Origin: Omnitrophica WOR_2 bacterium RIFOXYA2_FULL_38_17
GTDB taxonomy: Bacteria > Omnitrophota > Gorgyraeia > Zapsychrales > Zapsychraceae
Assembly (NCBI GenBank): GCA_001805965.1
Contig: MHHG01000052.1
Span: 13,930 to 77,929, forward strand
Direction: 5' to 3'
Length of the DNA: 64,000 bases
The notes under the pieces were generated by a model. The model ran no database searches and had not been told where the DNA came from. It worked only from the letters and a program-made list of their open reading frames with translations. Positions 19,146 through 27,499 of this stretch are shown here, piece by piece. The number at the start of each line of letters is the position of its first letter. Position 1 is the stretch's first letter. The translations under genes were made by a program, and so were the position numbers.

Positions 19146-20747
19146 ATGGATGCTTTAGTTATTGGTGGCCATTATTCCGAAGATAGAATTGATACTATGC
19201 GTCATGTAGATGATTTTCGTTTGGAATATGACGGCGTTCCCATGACGACAAAAAATTTAAAAGAATTTTTTCGGAACAATAGATCTTTTAAAGATGCCGA
19301 ACGAAGACAAAGAGAAGAAATTTATCGCCCTTATCGACAAATCTATTACCCTTCGCTTCATATTTATAATTATATATCTCAAAATGGTTATAATGCCGCT
19401 TTGCTTAATTGTCATTGTCCTCAGGATGAAAAACGATTCGAAGTGTTTAAGCAGAATCCAAAAGTTGTTATTTTATCTACAACATTTATGAATATGGAGG
19501 CAGTACGTTTAGTTGCAAAAGATATAAAACAGTACTTGCCTGATACAAAAATTATTGTTGGAGGGGGATATGTTCGTCATTCTTATTTAATATGGCAGAG
19601 GATCGAAGATCCTTATTACAATATGCATGAAGTTCAGACTAGATATTTTTTTACATCAAATAATCCTGTTCAAGAAGTTGATGCTTATATTTTTGACGAA
19701 CATGGTGAAGAAACATTGTTGATGTATTTGGATGCAGTCAAGAAAGGCAAATCAATAGATTCTATTCCTAATATTGCAACTTATAATGGCAAGAATTTTG
19801 TTTTTAATAAAGAGGCTCCAGAAGAATTTAACATGAATAAATGTCGTATTCACTGGGAGAAGATTCCTAGAGAATATCTAAGCTTAGTGATGCCGTTCTC
19901 AGTAACTTATGGGTGTCCATTTAAATGTAATTTTTGCAATTTCAGGAGCGTTAGTCTTTCTAAGAAATCATTAGATACTATTTTTGCTGAATTAAGAGAG
20001 ATTTCCAATTTAGGTATTGTTCAAAAGATATGGTTTTCTGACGACAATTTTCTTTTGACGCCTAAGCAGGTTGAACAGTTTTGTGAGCGGTATATTCAAG
20101 AAGGATTTTCTTTTCGTTGGATGAGTTTTATTAGAGCGAATTCTATTACGTCCAAAACGGTTGATTTAATGAAAAAGAGCAATGCAGAGTTATTAGTTTT
20201 AGGGTTAGAATCAGGAAGTCCCACAGTTCTTGAAGCTATGAATAAGCAAGATATCTTGAAAGATGTCCATCGTGCAATGTCGCTTTTAATGAGTAACAAT
20301 ATAGATACAGAGATTTCATTCATTATAGGTCATCCAGGGGAAACTGATGATACGGTTAAGGAAACAATAGACTTTATTAACGCTATGCCTTACTCTGATG
20401 AGCAAATTCCCTATTTATATCTTTTTAAATTTTATTTGGCACCTTTGTCGAGAATATTCGAAAAGCAAATGAGAGACCAATGGGGCCTTGAGGGAGCATT
20501 TCTAGATTGGAAGCATAAAACGATGGATTCGGATTATGCAAGTGCTATGTTGAAAAAGGTGGCGCTTTCTGTCCAGAAACCTGTGTTTAATTATTTAGAT
20601 GGATATTCTTCCAAGAGCAAAAAGGAATTGGTCAAATTTATGAGGAAGCGGGATAGCCTGTCAAGAGCCGTGTTGTCTGGAAAGCCAGATAATGTTGTTG
20701 ATGCTTTGTGGGATGAGCTTGAGACTTTGACTTTTTCAAGAAGTTAG
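19146..20747 (+). CDS. B12-binding-domain radical SAM enzyme (class B)
   Basis: N-terminal Rossmann-like B12-binding region, then VTYGCPFKCNFCNF (CxxxCxxC). Confidence 0.85.
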   Translation: MDALVIGGHYSEDRIDTMRHVDDFRLEYDGVPMTTKNLKEFFRNNRSFKDAERRQREEIYRPYRQIYYPSLHIYNYISQNGYNAALLNCHCPQDEKRFEVFKQNPKVVILSTTFMNMEAVRLVAKDIKQYLPDTKIIVGGGYVRHSYLIWQRIEDPYYNMHEVQTRYFFTSNNPVQEVDAYIFDEHGEETLLMYLDAVKKGKSIDSIPNIATYNGKNFVFNKEAPEEFNMNKCRIHWEKIPREYLSLVMPFSVTYGCPFKCNFCNFRSVSLSKKSLDTIFAELREISNLGIVQKIWFSDDNFLLTPKQVEQFCERYIQEGFSFRWMSFIRANSITSKTVDLMKKSNAELLVLGLESGSPTVLEAMNKQDILKDVHRAMSLLMSNNIDTEISFIIGHPGETDDTVKETIDFINAMPYSDEQIPYLYLFKFYLAPLSRIFEKQMRDQWGLEGAFLDWKHKTMDSDYASAMLKKVALSVQKPVFNYLDGYSSKSKKELVKFMRKRDSLSRAVLSGKPDNVVDALWDELETLTFSRS

Positions 20748-20803
20748 ATATGTTTTTGTCTTGAAAATGTTCAAAAATATCTGTTATCATTAAAAAGTTA
20801 GAC

Positions 20804-21460
20804 ATGATAAAACTTTATTCTATTGAGAAAGAAAGAAGCCAAAGATTAATTGCAAGGAATAAAAATGTGACAGTAGATGAGCAGGCATTTAATCGATATG
20901 TCTCGGAATTCCCAGTAATTCCAGATAGGAAGCAAATTTTTGCTGCATATGAATTTGCAAAGCAAATTGAATATATTCATCCAGGGTTATCCAGCGCTGA
21001 TTATCTTGTTCATCCTGTTAGAGTTGCATGTCTTGCTTTACAGATTGACCCACCAGTTGACGTCGATACTATTGTCATTGCTTTATTGCATAATGTACTT
21101 GAAGTGTCGGTTCTTACATTTGAGGACATGCGAGAAAAATTTAATAGTAGGGTAGCAGGTTCAATGAAAGCTCTTACTGTTGACCGTTCTCGCCAATATA
21201 ATCGTGAGTATAAGGCTTCCTATTATCAAAAAATCAATGAGTTATTTCTTGGAGGACGTATTGTAAAAATATTAGATAAGTTAGATAATTTGTTCTTGCT
21301 GTGTTTTAATAGTGATGATGAGATTAGAAGAATATATTTGCAGGAGATCGAAGATTATATAATTCCAATGGTTGATCGAGATTTAAAAGAGCTCTCAAAA
21401 TATATGCGAGAGCTTGTTGAGGATTGTCGTAAGATTGGATACATGACGAAAAAGAGATAA
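20804..21460 (+). CDS. HD-domain phosphohydrolase (SpoT/RelA-hydrolase-like)
   Basis: HPVRVA...LLHNVLEVS arrangement resembling the H...HD metal-binding motif of HD hydrolases. Confidence 0.5.
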   Translation: MIKLYSIEKERSQRLIARNKNVTVDEQAFNRYVSEFPVIPDRKQIFAAYEFAKQIEYIHPGLSSADYLVHPVRVACLALQIDPPVDVDTIVIALLHNVLEVSVLTFEDMREKFNSRVAGSMKALTVDRSRQYNREYKASYYQKINELFLGGRIVKILDKLDNLFLLCFNSDDEIRRIYLQEIEDYIIPMVDRDLKELSKYMRELVEDCRKIGYMTKKR

Positions 21461-21464
21461 AAAA

Positions 21465-22538
21465 ATGAAATTATTTCAACCAGATATTTTTTCTGTTCCG
21501 TTTCCAGCCTTTGTGACTGTAACAGATGATGTTTTTAGCAAGATAGGGGAATTATTGGAACAGCAGTATGATATTAAAACTAATGCTATAAGAAAAATTG
21601 AGCAGGTGAAGGGAAATGAAATAAATTCAAACAATTTTAAAGTAGAAACTGATTCAATGTTTTTGTTTGTAAAAAGGAATGTCCTGCACGACAATATATA
21701 TGAATTAACAAGAATGCTTGATCTGACAAATTGGCTTCAAGAAAGAATGAAAGCTTTTTTTAAAATTATTCCGTGTAATAATGGAAGTTTGGTGTCACAG
21801 CAGGGTAGGGCTCTATGGTCTGTTTCTGAATTTATTCCAGGAAGATATTTTTCTGGTGAAAGTATTGATGAGCTGAAAGCTGTAGGCCATTCTATTGGTG
21901 GGATGCATGATGTTTTGAGGGATATCCCTTCTCACTTGTGTCCGAAAAAAAAAATAAAGCTTTTTCCGATTGATTCTGAAAAAATAATTGATGAAACTTT
22001 TTCTAGACGGGAAGAATGGGTAGATGTTTTTGGAGAGGATCTTGCTCCCATAATAGAAGATAATACAGATTTAATGCTCTCTACTTGTGCGTTGATAAAT
22101 TCAAATAAAGAGACTATCTTCAGAAGACAAACGCAGACTTGCCATATTGATCTTCATCCTCATAATATTTTTGTCAATGATGGCGTTATTCATTTTATTG
22201 ATCTGGATTCTTTGGTTTTAACCAAGCCTTGTGTAGCCATTGGGTTCTCAATTTATAAGCTCATGAAGCAATATTCTATAAGGCAAAAATTAGTTGATAA
22301 TCCTAGCAAAATTGCTGAAGATGCAAGGGGCTTCTTGTTTTCTTTGCAAGAGAAGTTCGCTTTTTCAGATGAAGAAATAAGAGTACTTTATTTATCGGCA
22401 ATTGCTGAAATATTTAGAAGGATACTTATCATACTTCGTCTTAGTTTATATGAAAATAATAAGTGCTGGAATTTTGTTCTTCCTATTCATTTGTCTGGGA
22501 TAAAAGAGACAGAAATAATTTTTAGTGCTATTAAGTGA
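21465..22538 (+). CDS. APH/choline-kinase-family small-molecule kinase (phosphotransferase)
   Basis: HIDLHPHNIFVNDGVIHFIDLDS (HxDxxxxN catalytic loop plus DxD Mg-binding), typical of aminoglycoside/hydroxyl phosphotransferases. Confidence 0.6.
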   Translation: MKLFQPDIFSVPFPAFVTVTDDVFSKIGELLEQQYDIKTNAIRKIEQVKGNEINSNNFKVETDSMFLFVKRNVLHDNIYELTRMLDLTNWLQERMKAFFKIIPCNNGSLVSQQGRALWSVSEFIPGRYFSGESIDELKAVGHSIGGMHDVLRDIPSHLCPKKKIKLFPIDSEKIIDETFSRREEWVDVFGEDLAPIIEDNTDLMLSTCALINSNKETIFRRQTQTCHIDLHPHNIFVNDGVIHFIDLDSLVLTKPCVAIGFSIYKLMKQYSIRQKLVDNPSKIAEDARGFLFSLQEKFAFSDEEIRVLYLSAIAEIFRRILIILRLSLYENNKCWNFVLPIHLSGIKETEIIFSAIK

Positions 22539-22574
22539 TTGTGAATACTAATTAAAACAGAAAGAGGCCCGAAA

Positions 22575-23147
22575 ATGATAAAAGAACTTGTGAAGAAGGC
22601 GCGAAGTTATAGGAGATTCTATCAAAATGAACAAATTAGTGAGAAAATTCTAAGAGAATTAATTGATTTGGCTAGGTTGGGAGGTTCCGCCATCAATAAA
22701 CAGCCATTGAAATATATGATTGTTAATACGCCAGAAACAAATGCAAGGATTTTTGATACTCTTGGATGGGCGGGGCTTTTGCCTGATTGGTCAGGGCCAG
22801 AAGAGGGTGAGCGGCCATCTGCATATATAATTTGTTTTCTTGATACAAGTATAAGCGAGAGGGCTGAGGTAGACTTGGGAATTGCTACCCAAAATATATT
22901 ATTAGGTGCTGTTGATAGAGAATTAGGCGGGTGTAGAATTGGTAATTTTACTACAGAAATTAACAATATTATCAAAATACCAGAGAATTTAAAAGTTATG
23001 TTAGTTATTGCGTTAGGTAAACCAAAAGAAAAGGTTATCGTTGAGTCAATGCCTTCAAATGGAGATTTTAAATATTGGAGGGATGAAGAAGGGATTCATT
23101 ATGTTCCAAAAAGGTCTCTTGAAGAAGTATTAGTTAAGAAGTTATAA
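22575..23147 (+). CDS. Nitroreductase-family flavoprotein
   Basis: 190 aa; N-terminal RRSYRRF motif, the conserved FMN-contacting start of the nitroreductase fold. Confidence 0.7.
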   Translation: MIKELVKKARSYRRFYQNEQISEKILRELIDLARLGGSAINKQPLKYMIVNTPETNARIFDTLGWAGLLPDWSGPEEGERPSAYIICFLDTSISERAEVDLGIATQNILLGAVDRELGGCRIGNFTTEINNIIKIPENLKVMLVIALGKPKEKVIVESMPSNGDFKYWRDEEGIHYVPKRSLEEVLVKKL

Positions 23148-23870
23148 CCTTCCAAGGTCTCTCAATATTTTAAACTTGCTCTCCGCAATTTGCCAATCTT
23201 CTTCGTTGTCAATGTCTTGTGCTTCAATCTCAGGGATAATTATTGGTACGGTTTTATCAGAGAAAATTTTCCTCTCTTTTATGAACTGTTTGACGTCAAG
23301 CCAATAGAATTGTCCTGTATCATGGTAAGTTGGATCGAAGTCTTGAGAGCGTTTTTCGTTGTTTTCAGGGTATAACATCTTGAGTAGATTGTTTTCAATT
23401 TTTAAAGCTCTTTGAACAGGGTAACTGTACTTCGTGACAGGAAAAGTCGAGTAAGCGTTATGTTTAATAAGAGTATCCATTCCATTTTTGAGATTTTGAG
23501 CTGTAATGAATGGGGCCGCTGGAAAAATGCAGCAGCATAGTTCAAAAATTTTCCCCATTTCTTTATGTTTTGCAAGTACTTCGCAAAGAGTAGAATTGAT
23601 TGTAGCAAAATCGTTTGAATTGGCTTCAGATCTATAAAAAGGGACTGAAGCTCCTAAGCTTTTTGCAATATTTGCAATATCTTTGCAATCAGTAGATACC
23701 ATAATTTCATCGAAACATTTTGATTTAATTGCAGCATCAATTGAATATTTGATAATGGGGTGTCCCAGGAAAAGTTTAAGGTTTTTGTTGGGGATACGTT
23801 TGCTTCCGCCTCTAGCTGTAATAATTGCAATTTTATTTTTTTTATTCATGCTTGCCTTGTAAAAATACAT
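23142..23870 (-). CDS. CMP-sugar (acylneuraminate-type) cytidylyltransferase
   Basis: IAIITARGGSKRIPNKNL N-terminal cytidylyltransferase signature. Confidence 0.8.
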   Translation of the reverse strand: MYFYKASMNKKNKIAIITARGGSKRIPNKNLKLFLGHPIIKYSIDAAIKSKCFDEIMVSTDCKDIANIAKSLGASVPFYRSEANSNDFATINSTLCEVLAKHKEMGKIFELCCCIFPAAPFITAQNLKNGMDTLIKHNAYSTFPVTKYSYPVQRALKIENNLLKMLYPENNEKRSQDFDPTYHDTGQFYWLDVKQFIKERKIFSDKTVPIIIPEIEAQDIDNEEDWQIAESKFKILRDLGRL

Positions 23871-24086
23871 TTGCTCAATTGGATTTTAATATTAACATTT
23901 AAGTTGAATGCAGTCAAGGAATGCTGTATAAGATTGGGAATTGTTAAGTTTGTTGAAGATTACGATAAGGATAAAGATGTTTTGAGAGAGATAGTTAATG
24001 ATATTTGCACGTAGAGATTATTGAATTATTTTGGATGTTTCGAGTCTATTGAAGGGAAGTGTAGCGTATGGATTTCTGTAGTTATT

Positions 24087-24111
24087 CAATTGTTCATTTA
24101 TTGAACAATTG
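24087..24111. promoter_or_regulatory. Perfect 10-bp inverted repeat CAATTGTTCA-n5-TGAACAATTG (candidate operator)
   Basis: Seen directly in the intergenic region upstream of the acetamidino-sugar operon. Confidence 0.4.
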
Positions 24112-24181
24112 TGTTTATGTAAGGACGTAAAATATTCTATTGCAATAATTTACGAAAAAGTATTTAAGTGCGTTTTTTTAT

Positions 24182-24209
24182 TTGACTTTATTTGCACAAA
24201 TTATATAAT
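24182..24209 (+). promoter_or_regulatory. Sigma70-like promoter TTGACT, 16-nt spacer, TATAAT upstream of the PseA-like operon
   Basis: TTGACT at 24182-24187 and TATAAT at 24204-24209. Confidence 0.35.
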
Positions 24210-24215
24210 AACTAC

Positions 24216-24230
24216 GTTCAATAATTGAAC
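24216..24230. promoter_or_regulatory. Palindrome GTTCAAT-A-ATTGAAC just downstream of the -10 (operator-like position)
   Basis: Perfect 7-bp arms; shares the TTGAAC/GTTCAA half-site with the 24087-24111 repeat. Confidence 0.4.
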
Positions 24231-24295
24231 AAAGATTTTTGGGATTGTTTTATGTCCAAATAATCTAAGAGTAAAATCAGACTATAGAGGTTTTT

Positions 24296-25441
24296 ATGAA
24301 ATATTGTAAGAAGTGTATAATTCCAATAACTCGACCAGAACAAGTTTTTAATGAAGAGGGAGTGTGTGATGCATGTAGCTCAGCAGAGTCAAAACATACG
24401 GGAATTGATTGGGATGCAAGAAGATCTGAGTTTGAGAAAATTTTGGAAAGATATAGGGGGGATGGTAGCATATATGATTGTATAATTCCTGTTAGTGGAG
24501 GGAAAGACAGTGTTTCTCAGGCACTTACGATGCGAGATGAGTTTAATATGAGTCCTTTGTGTGTTAATCATTTGCCTTGTGATTTAACTGAAGTGGGTTG
24601 GAAAAACTTAATATTTTTAAGAGATTTAGGATTTGATGTGATTCATGTTGGGGCGAATAGAAAAGCTTATCGAGAAATGACAAGAATTGGATTTTTTAAA
24701 CTTGGTGATTGCTGTTGGCAGGAACATATAGGAATATTTACTGCTCCAGTAAGAGTAGCCGTTCAGTATAGAATTCCCTTGTTAATTTGGGGAGAGAATT
24801 CTCAGTTTGAATACGGAGGACCTGCTTCTAAAAGAGAAAATAATTATTTGGATAGAAACTGGTTGGAACAATTCCAGATGTTAGGTTATAGGATATCAGA
24901 TGTTGTGCTAGATGGGATAAATTTAAATGATGTAAAAACCTTTCATTATCCAACAGATGAGGAAATGAAGGATGTGGGGGTGACAGGCCTGTTTTTAGGA
25001 TATTATACGAAATGGGATTCAAAGAAAAATGCAAATCGTGCTATTTCTTTAGGATGGAATAGAAATCCTGATGGACCAGTTGAGGGAGCATATAATGATA
25101 TAGAAAATCTTGATTGCAAATGGATTGGGGGTTTGCATGATTATATGAAATTTATTAAGTTTGGCTTTGGAAGAGCAACAGATCAATTATGTATTGAGAT
25201 ACGGGCAGGTAGGATGTCTAGAGAAGAAGCAATTGAGAATTTAAAAAACAGTTCTGAGGGAGAAGTTCCCTGGAAATTTGTTCCGGATTTTTTAGAATAT
25301 CTGAATATATCCAAAGAAGAGTTTGAGGCAAATCTTGATAAATTTACAAACAGGCGTTTGTTCTTTTGTGATGATTCAGGACGATTAATAAAGGATTCAC
25401 AAGGGAATTTAAAAAGGCGTTATCCATTATGGGAACTGTAG
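24296..25441 (+). CDS. N-acetyl-sugar amidotransferase (PseA/WbuX-like, PP-loop ATPase) for acetamidino-group formation
   Basis: N-terminal Cys-rich MKYCKKCIIPITRPE...GVCDAC and SGGKDS PP-loop; followed by HisH/HisF homologs as in WbuXYZ/PseA systems. Confidence 0.78.
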   Translation: MKYCKKCIIPITRPEQVFNEEGVCDACSSAESKHTGIDWDARRSEFEKILERYRGDGSIYDCIIPVSGGKDSVSQALTMRDEFNMSPLCVNHLPCDLTEVGWKNLIFLRDLGFDVIHVGANRKAYREMTRIGFFKLGDCCWQEHIGIFTAPVRVAVQYRIPLLIWGENSQFEYGGPASKRENNYLDRNWLEQFQMLGYRISDVVLDGINLNDVKTFHYPTDEEMKDVGVTGLFLGYYTKWDSKKNANRAISLGWNRNPDGPVEGAYNDIENLDCKWIGGLHDYMKFIKFGFGRATDQLCIEIRAGRMSREEAIENLKNSSEGEVPWKFVPDFLEYLNISKEEFEANLDKFTNRRLFFCDDSGRLIKDSQGNLKRRYPLWEL

Positions 25442-26049
25442 CTGGAATAATAGATATTGGTTTGGGAAATATCGATAGTGTAAGAAGAGCACTAACTTTT
25501 ATGGGTTTTGCAAATCAACTCTGCGCTAAAATTGATGATCTTGAAAACGTGGATAGAATTATTTTCCCAGGTGTGGGGAATTTTTATAAGGCATCAGAGG
25601 TTTTAAAAGAAACCAGATTTAATATCGCAATTAAAGAACATGTCTTACATTTAAACAAGCCTATTTTGGGAATTTGTTTAGGCATGCAACTGTTGTGCGA
25701 TAGAGGATATGAGGGAGGCGAGGCGGAGGGCCTTAAACTTATTTCAGGAGAGGTTGTTAAGCTGGAAAAAGGGAATTCTTCTGAGCGTGTTCCTCACATG
25801 GGGTGGAACGAAGTGCATTTTAAAAACAAATCTATTTTATTCAAAGATATTCCAGATAGAATGGATTTTTATTTTAATCATAGCTATCATTTTAGCAAAG
25901 TTGAGCAGAATAAGGTTGTTTCAGTGACTCCCTATGCAAATGGTTTTGTGTCTACGGTTGAGGATAAGAATGTTTTTGGAGTTCAATTCCACCCGGAAAA
26001 GAGTCAAGAGTTGGGACTTCAATTATTAAAAAATTTTATGGAATTGTAA
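25429..26049 (+). CDS. Glutamine amidotransferase, imidazole-glycerol-phosphate-synthase HisH-like (WbuY-like)
   Basis: GICLGMQLL catalytic Cys motif, C-terminal HPE; 206 aa. Confidence 0.85.
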   Translation: MGTVAGIIDIGLGNIDSVRRALTFMGFANQLCAKIDDLENVDRIIFPGVGNFYKASEVLKETRFNIAIKEHVLHLNKPILGICLGMQLLCDRGYEGGEAEGLKLISGEVVKLEKGNSSERVPHMGWNEVHFKNKSILFKDIPDRMDFYFNHSYHFSKVEQNKVVSVTPYANGFVSTVEDKNVFGVQFHPEKSQELGLQLLKNFMEL

Positions 26050-26053
26050 TGAT

Positions 26054-26824
26054 ATGTTAAAAGTGAGGGTCATTCCAATTGTAATGCTTGATGGGTATTC
26101 AGTTGTTAAGACAATTAAATTTTCAACGCGAAGAAATCTTGGAAACCCGATTACAGTCGCTCAGATTTATAATACAAGAAATGTTGATGAGTTAATATTG
26201 TTAGACATAGATGCCTCAAAGCATGAGGAAAAGATAGATCAATTTATAATTTCTGAAATTTCTTCAAAATGTTTTATGCCATTGACAGTTGGAGGGGGCA
26301 TTAGGAGTGTTGATGATGTTAGGCTTCTTCTTAAAGCAGGTGCTGACAAGGTAGTAATTAATTCAGAGGGGTATCGTAATCCTCAATTAATAAAAGAGTG
26401 TTCTGACGAATTTGGATCTCAATGCATTGTTGGAAGTGTAGATGTTAAGAAAGAATCTGATGGATCATATAAATGCTATAGCAACGGAGGGGTTCAGGCC
26501 ACAGGAAAAGATCCTATGCAGTGGATTGAAAGTCTTGAAGATTTTGGGGTTGGAGAGATTATTATTAATTCGATAGATAGAGATGGCACAATGGCGGGTT
26601 ACGATATAGAGTTAATTGAGAAAATATCCCAACATGTTGGTGTTCCCTTGATTGTTGCAGGAGGAGCTAAGGATGAAATGGATTGTGTTAAAGCTATGAA
26701 GGCTGGAGCAAATGCTATATCAGCTGCTAGCATTTTTCATTTTACAGACATTACACCTGAACAAGTAAAAAATGAATTAAAAGAAAATGGATATCCTGTA
26801 AGGAAAATATTTAGTAGAAATTAA
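26054..26824 (+). CDS. HisF-like cyclase subunit (WbuZ-like) paired with the HisH-like amidotransferase
   Basis: 256-aa (beta/alpha)8 protein with TVGGGIRS and VAGGAKDEMD phosphate-binding motifs. Confidence 0.85.
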   Translation: MLKVRVIPIVMLDGYSVVKTIKFSTRRNLGNPITVAQIYNTRNVDELILLDIDASKHEEKIDQFIISEISSKCFMPLTVGGGIRSVDDVRLLLKAGADKVVINSEGYRNPQLIKECSDEFGSQCIVGSVDVKKESDGSYKCYSNGGVQATGKDPMQWIESLEDFGVGEIIINSIDRDGTMAGYDIELIEKISQHVGVPLIVAGGAKDEMDCVKAMKAGANAISAASIFHFTDITPEQVKNELKENGYPVRKIFSRN

Positions 26825-26906
26825 TTTGAGTTTTGGTGTAGTGCGATAATATCTGTTAATACAATATTTTGACCAAGGGTGTTTTGGTAATTATGCAGAG
26901 AGAAGA

Positions 26907-27482
26907 ATGACAAAAGATAATTTAGACGAAAGAGAATTTGAACTTATTAATATTATTGGTCCTGAGTTAGGATTAAATCAAAGGGATCTTTCTAAGCATA
27001 TGAATATTTCTTTGGGAATGATCAATATGCTTATAAGAAGATTGATTGCAAAGGGTTTTATTCGTATTCAACAATTGGATAAACGAAAAGTGGAGTATTT
27101 GTTAACACCAAAGGGTTTTGCAGAAAAAATGCAGAAATCAGTAAAATATACTTTGAAAACGATGAATTCAATTGGATTGATAAAAAATGGACTAAAGGCA
27201 GTATTAATTAAGCTGGTTGAACAGGGTGAAAAGAGATTTATTATGTTAGGTGAATCTGACTTTTCTGTTCTTGTTGAAATGGTTTTAAAAGAGATTTGTC
27301 CACAGGAGCATACTCTTACTTATGTTGACCATGTTCCTAAAGAAGGTTTTTACGGAGTCTTGTTGGTTTGCAAAGAGATGGATTATTCGGGGATTGATTT
27401 AAATGCAACAAATTATGTTGATTTAGTTCATGAATTAGCGAAGGATGAAGAATTGTTAAACAATATTACTAAAAAGGCTTAA
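26907..27482 (+). CDS. Winged-helix (MarR-like) transcriptional regulator
   Basis: N-terminal LNQRDLSKHMNISLGMINMLIRRLIAKGFI HTH-like segment; C-terminal domain unknown. Confidence 0.45.
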   Translation: MTKDNLDEREFELINIIGPELGLNQRDLSKHMNISLGMINMLIRRLIAKGFIRIQQLDKRKVEYLLTPKGFAEKMQKSVKYTLKTMNSIGLIKNGLKAVLIKLVEQGEKRFIMLGESDFSVLVEMVLKEICPQEHTLTYVDHVPKEGFYGVLLVCKEMDYSGIDLNATNYVDLVHELAKDEELLNNITKKA

Positions 27483-27499
27483 AAAAAGAGATTATTGTT

